Shown here: positions 43,258-52,376 of the stretch, in pieces
Layout of the letters: the number at the start of each line of letters is the position of its first letter
Numbering within the stretch: the stretch's first letter is position 1
Source of the DNA: Gammaproteobacteria bacterium
Lineage (GTDB): Bacteria; Pseudomonadota; Gammaproteobacteria; Steroidobacterales; Woeseiaceae
DNA length: 64,000 nt
Assembly: GCA_009937605.1 (NCBI GenBank)
Contig: JAACFG010000001.1
Coordinates: 9,527-73,526, forward strand
Direction of reading: 5' to 3'
Made by a program: the position numbers and the translations under genes
The notes under the pieces: generated by a model
The model's input: only the letters and a program-made list of their open reading frames with translations
What the model was told of the DNA's origin: nothing
Database searches by the model: none

Positions 43258-45648
43258 ATGATACGAAAATCGTTCCTGAGCCTGGTGGGCCTGGTTCTGG
43301 CAAGCACGGCGAAAGCCGACTGGGCGCTCAACATGCCCAGGGGCGTAACCGATCTCAGCGTCGAGACGTTCGAACTGCACATGATGGTCTTCTGGTGGTG
43401 CGTTGCCATCGGGGTCGTCGTTTTCGGCGTCATGATCATCTCGCTGTTCAAGCACAGAAAGTCGAAAGGCGCGGAACCTGCGTCGTTCTCTCACAGTACG
43501 GTTGCGGAGGTCATCTGGACGGCGATTCCCGTTGTCATACTGCTGATCATGGCGGTGCCGGCAGCGGAGACGATGATCCGGCTCGAAGATTCCCGCGACC
43601 CTGATATATCCATCGTGGTCACGGGCTACCAATGGAAGTGGCACTACAAATACCAGGACGAAGGCATTGAGTTCTACTCGAGCCTCGCGCGCCCGAGCCT
43701 GGCCGCCCGTCCGAAGCAATCGGGCGTCGACGTGAACAGCGTTGAGAACTACCTGCTTGAAGTTGACCGCCCCCTGGTCGTGCCGAGGGGCGCAAAAGTT
43801 CGCGTGCTGCTGACATCAAATGACGTCATCCACTCGTGGTGGGTTCCTGATTTGGCAATCAAGAAAGACGCTATTCCAGGCATCGTTAACGAAACCTGGT
43901 TCAACGCCAATGAAACCGGCACTTTTCGCGGCCAGTGCGCCGAGTTGTGCGGCAAGGATCACGGCTACATGCCGGTCGTTGTCGAAGTGGTTGAGCCCGA
44001 GGCCTACCAGGCCTGGGTCAACACCCACAGTGATGGCGAAGAAAGACTCGCCAGCACACACGACGCACACGCCGCGGACCACGACGAACATGGCCCCGAG
44101 AAGGGCATCAAGCGCTGGTTGTTCTCAACCAACCACAAAGACATTGGCACGATGTACCTCATCTTCAGCCTCGTCATGTTCTTTGTTGGCGGCGCAATGG
44201 CGATGGTCATTCGCTCGGAACTAGCTGTCCCGGGCCTGCAATTCGTTCATCCGGAGTTCTTCAACTCGATGACCACGATGCACGCTTTGATCATGGTCTT
44301 CGGCGCAGTAATGCCGGCCTTCGTTGGCCTCGCCAACTGGATGATCCCGCTGATGATCGGCGCACCCGACATGGCGCTGCCACGCATGAACAACTGGTCG
44401 TTCTGGATCCTGCCGGTCGCGTTCGGCATCCTGCTTTCGACGCTCCTTATGCCGGGCGGCGCTCCTGCCAGTGGCTGGACGATGTACCCGCCGCTCGTCC
44501 TTCAGACCGGCGATGCGTTCCCGTTCCTGATTTTCTCCGTCCACCTGATGGGCATCTCGTCGATCATGGGCTCCATCAACGTGATCGTGACGATCATCAA
44601 CATGCGCGCGCCTGACATGACGCTGCTCAAGATGCCGATGTTTGTGTGGACCTGGCTGATTACCGCGTATCTGTTGATCGCCGTGATGCCGGTACTGGCT
44701 GGCGCGGTTACCATGCTGCTGACCGACCAGTTCTTCGGCACGAGCTTCTTCCTCGCGGCCGGCGGTGGCGATCCCGTCATGTTCCAGCACATCTTCTGGT
44801 TCTTCGGGCACCCCGAGGTCTACATCATGATTCTGCCGGCCTTCGGTGTCGTATCAGAAATCATCCCGACGTTCTCGCGCAAGAAACTGTTCGGTCACGA
44901 CTCGATGGTATACGCGGCATCGTGTATCGCATTCCTGTCGTTCATCGTCTGGGCGCACCACATGTTCACGGTGGGCATGCCGTTAACGGGCCAGCTGTTC
45001 TTCATGTTCGCGACAATGCTCATCGCTGTTCCGACCGGTGTGAAGATTTTCAACTGGGTTGCGACGATGTGGCGCGGCTCGATGACGTTCGAGACGCCGA
45101 TGCTGTTCTCGCTGGCATTCGTCTTCCTGTTCACAATCGGTGGTTTCTCCGGCCTGATGCTCGCGATCCAGCCAGCGGATGTGCAGTACCACGACAGCTA
45201 TTTCGTTGTGGCTCACTTCCACTACGTACTGGTCCCGGGTTCGGTCTTCGCGATCATGGCGGGCGCCTACTACTGGCTCCCGAAGTGGACCGGCCATATG
45301 TATAACGAGGGTCTCGGCAAGCTGCACTTCTGGACCTCGACGATCTTCGTGAACCTCACGTTCTTCCCAATGCACTTCCTTGGGCTGGCCGGCATGCCGC
45401 GTCGTATCCCGGACTACTCAACCCAGTTCACGGACTTCAACACGATCGCCAGTGTCGGCGCCATTGGCTTCGGCCTGTCGCAATTGCTGTTCGTGCTTGT
45501 GATTTTGACCGCAAAGAAGGGCGCCAAGGCGACCGACCGGGTTTGGGAAGGTTCGCACGGTCTCGAATGGACGGTACCGTCGCCGGCGCCGTGGCACACG
45601 TTTACGACGCCGCCGAAAGCGCGCATCGCTAACGAATCTTTCGAGTAG
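43258..45648 (+). CDS. aa3-type cytochrome c oxidase subunit II and subunit I encoded as one uninterrupted ORF
   Basis: N-terminal part: signal peptide, 2 TM segments and CuA (HSWWVPDL…CAELCGKDHGYM). From about residue 270: STHDAHAADHDEHGPEKGIKRWLFSTNHKDIGTMYL… is a full CoxA. I verified codon by codon that there is no stop between them (43981-44160). Confidence 0.8.
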   Translation: MIRKSFLSLVGLVLASTAKADWALNMPRGVTDLSVETFELHMMVFWWCVAIGVVVFGVMIISLFKHRKSKGAEPASFSHSTVAEVIWTAIPVVILLIMAVPAAETMIRLEDSRDPDISIVVTGYQWKWHYKYQDEGIEFYSSLARPSLAARPKQSGVDVNSVENYLLEVDRPLVVPRGAKVRVLLTSNDVIHSWWVPDLAIKKDAIPGIVNETWFNANETGTFRGQCAELCGKDHGYMPVVVEVVEPEAYQAWVNTHSDGEERLASTHDAHAADHDEHGPEKGIKRWLFSTNHKDIGTMYLIFSLVMFFVGGAMAMVIRSELAVPGLQFVHPEFFNSMTTMHALIMVFGAVMPAFVGLANWMIPLMIGAPDMALPRMNNWSFWILPVAFGILLSTLLMPGGAPASGWTMYPPLVLQTGDAFPFLIFSVHLMGISSIMGSINVIVTIINMRAPDMTLLKMPMFVWTWLITAYLLIAVMPVLAGAVTMLLTDQFFGTSFFLAAGGGDPVMFQHIFWFFGHPEVYIMILPAFGVVSEIIPTFSRKKLFGHDSMVYAASCIAFLSFIVWAHHMFTVGMPLTGQLFFMFATMLIAVPTGVKIFNWVATMWRGSMTFETPMLFSLAFVFLFTIGGFSGLMLAIQPADVQYHDSYFVVAHFHYVLVPGSVFAIMAGAYYWLPKWTGHMYNEGLGKLHFWTSTIFVNLTFFPMHFLGLAGMPRRIPDYSTQFTDFNTIASVGAIGFGLSQLLFVLVILTAKKGAKATDRVWEGSHGLEWTVPSPAPWHTFTTPPKARIANESFE

Positions 45649-45651
45649 AAC

Positions 45652-45762
45652 GTGGACGAGAAGGAGCGCAAAAAGAACATTCGCCGCACGACGCTGATCG
45701 TCGTGGCGGTTGCTCTCGCGTTCTACGTCGGCTTCATCATGATGGGCGTGCTGCGTTCCTGA
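45652..45762 (+). CDS. Possible small membrane protein between coxA and cox11
   Basis: GTG-started 36-codon [39 protein letters not shown]: a basic N-terminus plus one TM segment. It fills the coxA-cox11 gap exactly. It is below the ORF-track length cutoff. Confidence 0.4.
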   Translation: MDEKERKKNIRRTTLIVVAVALAFYVGFIMMGVLRS

Positions 45763-45763
45763 T

Positions 45764-46291
45764 ATGCATCGTAATCTCGTAACATCGTTGTTGGTGGTCG
45801 TTGTCGGAGCGTTTGCTTTCGGCTACGCGCTCGTGCCGCTTTACGACGTGTTCTGCGAGATCACGGGCTTCGGCGGTCGCACCAATGCGGAAGCCGTGGC
45901 CAGGGTTGAGGCGCCGGACCTGTCGCGCGAGATTCGGATTGAGTTCGTCACGACGATCAACTCGTACGCACCATTCGAGTTCGGAGCCGACGCGGACAGC
46001 ATGATGGTCAACCCGGGCAAGATGTACTTCGCGACGTTTACCGCGAAGAATCTGACCGACAAGGACAAGGTTGCCCAGGCCGTGCCGAGCGTTGCACCCG
46101 GGGCGGCCGCGGAACACTTCGTGAAGATCGAGTGTTTTTGCTTCGACCAGCAGGAATTCCTCGCGAACGAAGAGCGGGCCATGCCACTGCAGTTCATTGT
46201 CGATCCGGACCTGCCGGATTACGTAGACACCATTACCCTGCAATACACATTCTTCGACACCGCTCCTGTGGCGTCGAATAAAAAATACTGA
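45764..46291 (+). CDS. ctaG: Cytochrome c oxidase assembly protein Cox11/CtaG
   Basis: N-terminal TM segment and the copper-binding CFCF motif ([11 protein letters not shown]). 175 aa. Confidence 0.9.
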   Translation: MHRNLVTSLLVVVVGAFAFGYALVPLYDVFCEITGFGGRTNAEAVARVEAPDLSREIRIEFVTTINSYAPFEFGADADSMMVNPGKMYFATFTAKNLTDKDKVAQAVPSVAPGAAAEHFVKIECFCFDQQEFLANEERAMPLQFIVDPDLPDYVDTITLQYTFFDTAPVASNKKY

Positions 46292-46310
46292 CAAGTACCT
46301 GAGAATCATC

Positions 46311-47180
46311 ATGACCACTCACACAGACGAACATTATTACGTCCCACACGGCAGCCACTGGCCCGTTGTCGGCTCAATCGGCCTGCTGTTCCTGATGACT
46401 GGCGTATCAAGCTGGTTGAACGGCGCGGATTTTGGCTTCTACGTAATGCTGGTGGGCTTTGCCATACTCATCTTTATGATTACTGGCTGGTTCGGCACGG
46501 TGATCGGCGAAAGCCAGAGCGGTCTGTACAACGCACAGGTAGACAAGTCTTTCCGTCAGGGCATGTTCTGGTTCATCTTCTCGGAGGTCATGTTCTTCGC
46601 GGCCTTCTTCGGCGCGCTGTTCTACGCACGCAATATGTCGATTCCCTGGCTTGGCGGCGACAGCAACAACTTTTTTACAAACCTGCTCTTGTGGGAAGGC
46701 TACGAAAGCACCTGGCCGACCAACGGCCCGGGGAACGTTGGCGGAGAATACGAGATAATGCCGCCGTTCGGCCTGCCGCTGATCAACACGGCGCTGCTGC
46801 TAACGTCATCGATCACGGTGACGATCGCACACCACGCACTGATCGAGGGCAGGCGTGCGCAGCTGAAGCTGTTCCTCGCTGCCACGTTCCTGCTTGGCTT
46901 CATATTCGTCTACCTGCAAGGCGTCGAGTACATCCATGCCTACCAGGACCTGAACCTGAAGCTCACGTCAGGCATCTACGGATCGACGTTCTTCATGCTG
47001 ACCGGCTTCCACGGCATGCACGTGACGATTGGCGCCATCATGCTGACGATCATGTTCTTCCGTGTATTGAAGGGGCACTTCACAGCGGAGAACCATTTCG
47101 CGTTCGAGGCTGTCGCCTGGTACTGGCACTTTGTCGACGTTGTCTGGATCGGCCTGTACGTCTTCGTCTACTGGATGTAA
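46311..47180 (+). CDS. coxC: Cytochrome c oxidase subunit III
   Basis: 289 aa, 7 TM segments. TGFHGMHVTIGAIML and WYWHFVDVVW motifs. Confidence 0.9.
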   Translation: MTTHTDEHYYVPHGSHWPVVGSIGLLFLMTGVSSWLNGADFGFYVMLVGFAILIFMITGWFGTVIGESQSGLYNAQVDKSFRQGMFWFIFSEVMFFAAFFGALFYARNMSIPWLGGDSNNFFTNLLLWEGYESTWPTNGPGNVGGEYEIMPPFGLPLINTALLLTSSITVTIAHHALIEGRRAQLKLFLAATFLLGFIFVYLQGVEYIHAYQDLNLKLTSGIYGSTFFMLTGFHGMHVTIGAIMLTIMFFRVLKGHFTAENHFAFEAVAWYWHFVDVVWIGLYVFVYWM

Positions 47181-47184
47181 TTCG

Positions 47185-47206
47185 AACGGGCGCTTCGGCG
47201 CCCGTT
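47185..47206. terminator. Bidirectional hairpin between coxC and the convergent small TM gene
   Basis: aacgggcgc-ttcg-gcgcccgtt: a 9-bp GC-rich stem with a UUCG loop, followed by a T-rich tract on the + strand. Confidence 0.65.
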
Positions 47207-47215
47207 TCGTTCTTG

Positions 47216-47404
47216 TCAGGGCTGTATCCAGCCGCCCAGGTAGGATACGACCAGGAACAGGATGAGAATGGCGGAGAGTGCTACGCGAATGCGTAACGCA
47301 CGCTGGATTTTTTCAGAATCGTGGTTCTTCCCGGACAGGTAGAACAACCCCGAACCAAGGCTGATAATGATCGCAGCCAGTAGAATAAAAACGATGGACT
47401 TCAT
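47216..47404 (-). CDS. Twin-TM small protein (DUF2909-like) commonly found in cox clusters
   Basis: MKSIVFILLAAIIISLGSGLFYL…ALSAILILFLVVSYLGGW, 62 aa. Internal start of the tracked 151-aa ORF. Confidence 0.6.
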   Translation of the reverse strand: MKSIVFILLAAIIISLGSGLFYLSGKNHDSEKIQRALRIRVALSAILILFLVVSYLGGWIQP

Positions 47405-47416
47405 AGTCGATTCACA

Positions 47417-48151
47417 TTGGACAGGGGCGGGCAGTATATCGTGAACACCGGGACGAAAAAGCAACTGCCGAGCTGGCTTCCGCTCGTCGTCGGCGCGCTG
47501 CTCGTCGCCCAGTTCGCCGGGCTGGGCGCCTGGCAAATCAGCCGCGGGCTCGAGAAACGAGCGGACCAACAGATGTTCCGCGATGAGACCGGATTCGCCT
47601 CCTGGCATGATGGCATGGAAGTCCGGCCGTTCCAGCGAATCAAAGCAACCGGCAGCTACGATGGCGCCCACCAGGTACTGCTCGAGAACATTATCGTTAA
47701 CAGCCGCTATGGCTACTACGTGATCACGCCATTGGTCGGTCTCGATGGCGAGCCCGTTCTGCTCGTCAACCGCGGCTGGATCGAGAAGACCACTGAACCG
47801 CTGGACATGACGCGCCTCGACGTTCCACCCGGGCGCGTGACAGTGCGTGGCCGGGCGGGATCACTACCACGAGCCGGAATGAAGATGGGCGAAGCCTTCC
47901 GGCCCGGGCAGGATTGGCCGATGGAGGCTGTCTATCCATCGACAGAGGAGGTAGCCGTGGCGCTCGGCACCGACGTCCAGCCATTTGTCCTGCTTATGGA
48001 TCATGAGGAAGACAGCGGCTTCTTCCGTCACTGGGTGCCGACCGAGTTCGGTCCTGGCAAGCACTTCGGCTACGCGCTGCAGTGGTTTGCCATGGCCGCT
48101 GTCCTGTCCGGCCTCCTGGCCTGGAACTACCGTAAGAAGCGCTTCAAGTAA
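47417..48151 (+). CDS. SURF1-family cytochrome oxidase assembly protein
   Basis: N-terminal TM segment followed by GLGAWQISRGLEKR (the SURF1 'WQ..R' motif), and a C-terminal TM segment YALQWFAMAAV. The start is TTG 47417 or GTG 47441. Confidence 0.8.
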   Translation: MDRGGQYIVNTGTKKQLPSWLPLVVGALLVAQFAGLGAWQISRGLEKRADQQMFRDETGFASWHDGMEVRPFQRIKATGSYDGAHQVLLENIIVNSRYGYYVITPLVGLDGEPVLLVNRGWIEKTTEPLDMTRLDVPPGRVTVRGRAGSLPRAGMKMGEAFRPGQDWPMEAVYPSTEEVAVALGTDVQPFVLLMDHEEDSGFFRHWVPTEFGPGKHFGYALQWFAMAAVLSGLLAWNYRKKRFK

Positions 48152-48726
48152 TGGCTACCGAAAAGAAAGGCAAGGGTCGCGTACAGCTTTTGCTGATTGC
48201 CGCCATATTCCTGGGGCCGCTGGCGCTCGCTGCGTACCTGTACTTTGTGGGCCAGGACCTGACTCCGGCGGGCCGCACAAACAACGGCGCACTGCTGCAA
48301 CCGATTACTAACCTGAAGGATGGCGTACCGGGATCACCACTCCATGCGCATAACGATGGTTACTGGGTGCTCCTGTACGCCAATGACGGTCTGTGCGACG
48401 ACGCTTGCGCACACTCGTTATATACGCTGCGACAGTCCCGGCTAATGCTCGGCAGGGAAATGGACCGGCTGGTCCGTGTTTTCTTGCACGGAGATACGGC
48501 GCCCGATACAGTGCTGCTTGCCGACGAAAACGGTGGCCTGGTGGTAATCAATGACGGCGCGCTCAGAGTGCTGCTGGATAAGAAAAAGCCCGCAGCCCTC
48601 GAGGCCGGCGGCTATTACCTCATCGATCCGCTCGGAAACCTGGTTATATATTTCCGACCGGATATCGACCCAAGCGCCATGGTCGAGGACATCAAGCATC
48701 TTCTTGAGTTATCGCGCATCGGCTGA
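48151..48726 (+). CDS. Hypothetical membrane-anchored protein of cox clusters (thioredoxin/Sco-like CxxxC?)
   Basis: N-terminal TM segment. LLYANDGLCDDACAHSL resembles a degenerate Sco-type CxxxC. Its position between surf1 and the heme O synthase gene matches that of similar unnamed genes. Confidence 0.55.
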   Translation: MATEKKGKGRVQLLLIAAIFLGPLALAAYLYFVGQDLTPAGRTNNGALLQPITNLKDGVPGSPLHAHNDGYWVLLYANDGLCDDACAHSLYTLRQSRLMLGREMDRLVRVFLHGDTAPDTVLLADENGGLVVINDGALRVLLDKKKPAALEAGGYYLIDPLGNLVIYFRPDIDPSAMVEDIKHLLELSRIG

Positions 48727-49638
48727 ATGGACAATGCATTGAACACGAGAGTAGAGGCCTACATCGCCTGGCGCGATTACTACGAGCTGACCAAGCCGCG
48801 TGTCGTCATGTTGATCGTATTCACGGCAATCGTCGGTATGTTTGTTTCTGTGCCCGGCTGGCCCGGCGCCATGCCACTCATTTTTGGCACGCTCGGCATT
48901 GGGCTCGCGTCATCGTCGGCTGCAGTCTACAACCACGTGCTTGATGCGCGCATCGACATCCAGATGATGCGCACGCGGGGTCGCCCGTTGCCGCAAGGCA
49001 AGTTGACAGAGAGGTCCGCAATCACGTTTGCGACCGTGCTGTGCATCATCTCAATGCTGATCCTCTGGTTCCTCGTGAACCCGCTGACAGCGATCCTCAC
49101 TTTCTGTTCACTGATTGGCTATGCGGTCGTTTACACAGCATGGTTAAAGCGCGCGACGCCGCAAAATATTGTGATCGGTGGGGCGGCGGGTGCTGCGCCG
49201 CCCGTTCTCGGCTGGACGTCAGTGACCAACCAGGTCGAAGCCGGGGCCTTGCTGATGTTCCTTATCGTGTTCGTGTGGACACCACCGCACTTCTGGGCGC
49301 TGGCGATCGCGCGCAAGGAAGAGTACGCCAAGGTCGACATCCCGATGTTGCCCGTCACGCATGGTGAGGCGTACACGCGACTCAATATTCTGCTGTATAC
49401 GATCCTGCTCGTACTCGTCACGATCCTGCCGTACCTGATCGGCATGAGTGGCATTATCTACCTGCTGGTCGCGCTCGTGCTCGACGCGTACTTCCTGTAC
49501 TACGCCATCCAGATGTACCGAGTGCGTGACGACATGGAATTGCCGATGAAGACCTTCAAGTTCTCCATCAGCTATCTAGGGTTCCTGTTCGCAGCGCTGC
49601 TCGTCGATCACTACCTGTTGTTCCAGATCAGCCTGTAG
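48727..49638 (+). CDS. cyoE: Protoheme IX farnesyltransferase (heme O synthase)
   Basis: YYELTKPRVV…, UbiA-family Asp-rich motif NHVLDARID, multi-TM, 303 aa. Confidence 0.9.
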   Translation: MDNALNTRVEAYIAWRDYYELTKPRVVMLIVFTAIVGMFVSVPGWPGAMPLIFGTLGIGLASSSAAVYNHVLDARIDIQMMRTRGRPLPQGKLTERSAITFATVLCIISMLILWFLVNPLTAILTFCSLIGYAVVYTAWLKRATPQNIVIGGAAGAAPPVLGWTSVTNQVEAGALLMFLIVFVWTPPHFWALAIARKEEYAKVDIPMLPVTHGEAYTRLNILLYTILLVLVTILPYLIGMSGIIYLLVALVLDAYFLYYAIQMYRVRDDMELPMKTFKFSISYLGFLFAALLVDHYLLFQISL

Positions 49639-49647
49639 GAGGCCGTA

Positions 49648-49884
49648 ATGGCGCATGCAAGATTACGCTGGCCCGCATGGGTCCTCGCGCTCGACATCGT
49701 CGGCACATTCCTCGTCGGTCTCGGTATCTACGGCCAGGTTGCCAGCGGGCCTCTCCCTTTCGCCGAGCTCATGGACCTGCGAGCACTTGCCGTGCCAATG
49801 ATTATTCTTGGCGCCCTGATGGTGGCACCGCTCGTCTTCATGACGATCTCTCAGCTTAGGTCTGCCGACAAGATCGACGACTAG
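49648..49884 (+). CDS. Small two-TM membrane protein, unknown
   Basis: 78-aa ORF 9 nt after cyoE, with two hydrophobic helices (WVLALDIVGTFLVGLGIY; VPMIILGALMVAPLVFM). Confidence 0.45.
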   Translation: MAHARLRWPAWVLALDIVGTFLVGLGIYGQVASGPLPFAELMDLRALAVPMIILGALMVAPLVFMTISQLRSADKIDD

Positions 49885-49950
49885 GTGTGATCTCTCAATA
49901 GGTTGTTCTTTCGGTATCTTCCGTTGACGATACCTGACATTTGCGCACAA

Positions 49951-50061
49951 GGACGAGGAGTAACAGGTAGCCGAACACGCCTCGCGTGTTCCGTCCTTGC
50001 CGCGTAGTTTTGTCCTTTTGCCAGCTCGGCTATGGATTCGGCTACCTGTTACTCCCCGTCC
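49951..50061. repeat. 111-bp element bounded by 25-bp inverted arms, with an internal 8-bp hairpin
   Basis: Left arm ggacgaggagtaacaggtagccgaa (49951-49975). Right arm ttcggctacctgttactccccgtcc (50037-50061). The arms match at 24 of 25 positions, including 19 perfect. The inner hairpin gaacacgc-ctc-gcgtgttc (49973-49991) shares its first 3 nt with the end of the left arm. Confidence 0.7.
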
Positions 50062-50135
50062 ATAAACATGGCACGGAACCGGCGCACGAACCCGAGATTC
50101 GGCTTAGCGATCGCGATGCGAAGGTTCTTTCTGGT

Positions 50136-52376
50136 TCACGCCCGGCGCCTGAGCTGGTCGCCAATCGGTAGCGTCCGGATGCGCTTTCCTGTCGCCGCAA
50201 ATATCGCGTTGGTCAGCGCAGGGGCCGCCGATGGCAGCCCTATTTCACCGACGCCGGTCGGAATATCGTTGAATGGCAGGATGTGGGTCTCGAACTTCGC
50301 CGGGAACGCGGCAATTCGGGCCAGCGGATAATTGTCGAAGTTCGATTGTTCCACCTGGCCATCCTTGACCGTGATTTCCAGCCCCAGCGCAGTACTCAGA
50401 CCGTCGATCGTGCCGCCTTCGAGCTGCGCCGCAACGGCGTTTGGGTGGACCGCAAGACCGCAGTCGATCGCTGCGACGATGCGCTCTATGGTCAGTTCAC
50501 CCGCGTCACTTACGGTAACCTCCATCGCATGCGCCGCGTAGCCACCGAACGTAAAGTGAGTGGCGAAGCCAATGCCGCGACCTTTCGGTAGTTCTTGCGT
50601 GTAGTCGATCCGTTCGGCGACAAAATCGACAAGGCGCGCGAGGCGACCCGGATTGAACGTAGGCCCACCGTGGTTGCTGTAGCCGAGCTCGCGATCTTCG
50701 CCGAGCATTTCCAGTCGCAGCTGCAGCGGGTCCTGCCCGGTTTCGTGCGCGATCTCATCGAGGAAGCTTTGGACGACAAAAGCATTGGCCGTATGGGCCG
50801 GTGCTCGCCAGGAACCTCTCGGCAGGCCGATGGCATTGTGGAAGTATTCCAGGCGCATGTTGTCGACCATGCGGCGAGGGAAGTCATCCGGATACAACTC
50901 CGGCGTCCACAATTCATCATCCGGCTTGTTCGGGCGACGATAGTGTTTGCTGCCGCTCGCAAGTCGCTGCGTCCACGCGACCACTTTGCCATCGTCATCG
51001 AGGCCAGCTCGCATCTCGTGCAGGCCGCCCGGTCGATAGAAGTCGTTCCTCATGTCGTCCTCGCGCGACCACAGGAGTTGTATCGGCCACCCGGTTCGCT
51101 GCGAGATCAGCGTCGCCTCGGTGACATAGTCGACCGGCATCCGACGGCCGAAGCCGCCGCCAACGCGCGTCATGTCGACGTGGATGTTTTCGCGCGGCAA
51201 GCCCGTTACCCTGGCGGCCGCTCGCGACGCGCCGCTCGGCATCTGGGTCGGAACGATGACGTGACAACGGTCTTCCTGCACGTACGCGTAGCAGTTCTGC
51301 GGTTCCATGGGTGCGTGCGCGACAAACGGTATCCGGTACCGATGCTCGACAACCTTCGTGGCGTCGGCCATCGCGCTGTCAAAGTTGCCGTCATCGAGAA
51401 CGACCTGGCCGCGAGTCTGCAGCATCGCCTCGTTTTCCTGCCAGAACTTGTTACTGCTGTCGTCCGCACTCGGGCTTTCCTGCCACTTGATGTCCAGGGC
51501 GGCCTTACCCTCCATCGCCGCCCACGTCGACGTGGCAACCACGGCAACGCCGCTTGCCAATAGAAAATAGGGCTCGCCCATCTTCGGGCCCTCGATAGCA
51601 AACACATCGAGTACGCCTTCAATCTGCCGAGCGCGGCTATCGTCGAATGACTCGACACCGGCGTTCAGAACAGGCGCTCGCGCAATTGCGGCGTAACGCA
51701 TGTCTGGCCGGATCGTGTCCGTGCCGTATTTCGCCCGGCCCGTAACAATTTCGAACGCGTCAACCGTTTTCCTGCGCGACCCGACGATTCGATAATCGTC
51801 TACGCTCTTTAATTCTGGCGGTTCATCCGGCAGGTCGAGTTGCGCCGCATCTGCAATCAGGCTGCCGTACGAAATCTCAACGCCCGCTGCGCTGCACAGC
51901 ACGACGCCCGGCCGGGTCGTGCACTGTGCCGGATCGACACCAATACGTGCCGCGGCCGCCCGCACCAGCTGCTGGCGCGCGATAGCTCCGACCTCGCGCA
52001 TGTAATCCCAGTTGTCTGTCAGGCCCGTGCTGCCACCAACACCCTGGCCACCGTATTTCCAGGTGTAGCCGTCCTCGGTCTTAACGATGCCGAGAGGCAT
52101 CTGCCGGACGCTGACCTTGGACCACTCAGCATCCAGTTCCTCGGCCACCAGCATCGGTAGTGCCGTGCGTATTCCCTGGCCTATTTCCGGCTGATTGCTG
52201 CCGATGATGACGTTGCCGTCGGCATCGATCTGCACGAAGAAGCCGATCATGCGCTCCCGGTCGCCCTCGGCCAACGCGGCGGCCGGTATTCCGATAACGA
52301 GGCTGCCGGCTACGCCGATACCCATGACAATGAACTCGCGACGGTTCAGCCGGACTTCCTGCCTGCGGGCACTCAC
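50136..52376 (-). CDS. Molybdopterin-dependent aldehyde/isoquinoline oxidoreductase large (beta) subunit, Tat-exported
   Basis: Twin-arginine signal RLNRREFIVMG…AAALA. 746 aa of xanthine-dehydrogenase-family a/b hammerhead and MoCo-binding type. 4-nt overlap with the 2Fe-2S subunit gene. Confidence 0.8.
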   Translation of the reverse strand: MSARRQEVRLNRREFIVMGIGVAGSLVIGIPAAALAEGDRERMIGFFVQIDADGNVIIGSNQPEIGQGIRTALPMLVAEELDAEWSKVSVRQMPLGIVKTEDGYTWKYGGQGVGGSTGLTDNWDYMREVGAIARQQLVRAAAARIGVDPAQCTTRPGVVLCSAAGVEISYGSLIADAAQLDLPDEPPELKSVDDYRIVGSRRKTVDAFEIVTGRAKYGTDTIRPDMRYAAIARAPVLNAGVESFDDSRARQIEGVLDVFAIEGPKMGEPYFLLASGVAVVATSTWAAMEGKAALDIKWQESPSADDSSNKFWQENEAMLQTRGQVVLDDGNFDSAMADATKVVEHRYRIPFVAHAPMEPQNCYAYVQEDRCHVIVPTQMPSGASRAAARVTGLPRENIHVDMTRVGGGFGRRMPVDYVTEATLISQRTGWPIQLLWSREDDMRNDFYRPGGLHEMRAGLDDDGKVVAWTQRLASGSKHYRRPNKPDDELWTPELYPDDFPRRMVDNMRLEYFHNAIGLPRGSWRAPAHTANAFVVQSFLDEIAHETGQDPLQLRLEMLGEDRELGYSNHGGPTFNPGRLARLVDFVAERIDYTQELPKGRGIGFATHFTFGGYAAHAMEVTVSDAGELTIERIVAAIDCGLAVHPNAVAAQLEGGTIDGLSTALGLEITVKDGQVEQSNFDNYPLARIAAFPAKFETHILPFNDIPTGVGEIGLPSAAPALTNAIFAATGKRIRTLPIGDQLRRRA

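Noticed and set aside
50595-51563. 322-aa ORF on the + strand
   Set aside because: It lies entirely antisense to the well-supported molybdopterin oxidoreductase large subunit. Its composition is Arg-rich and low in information.
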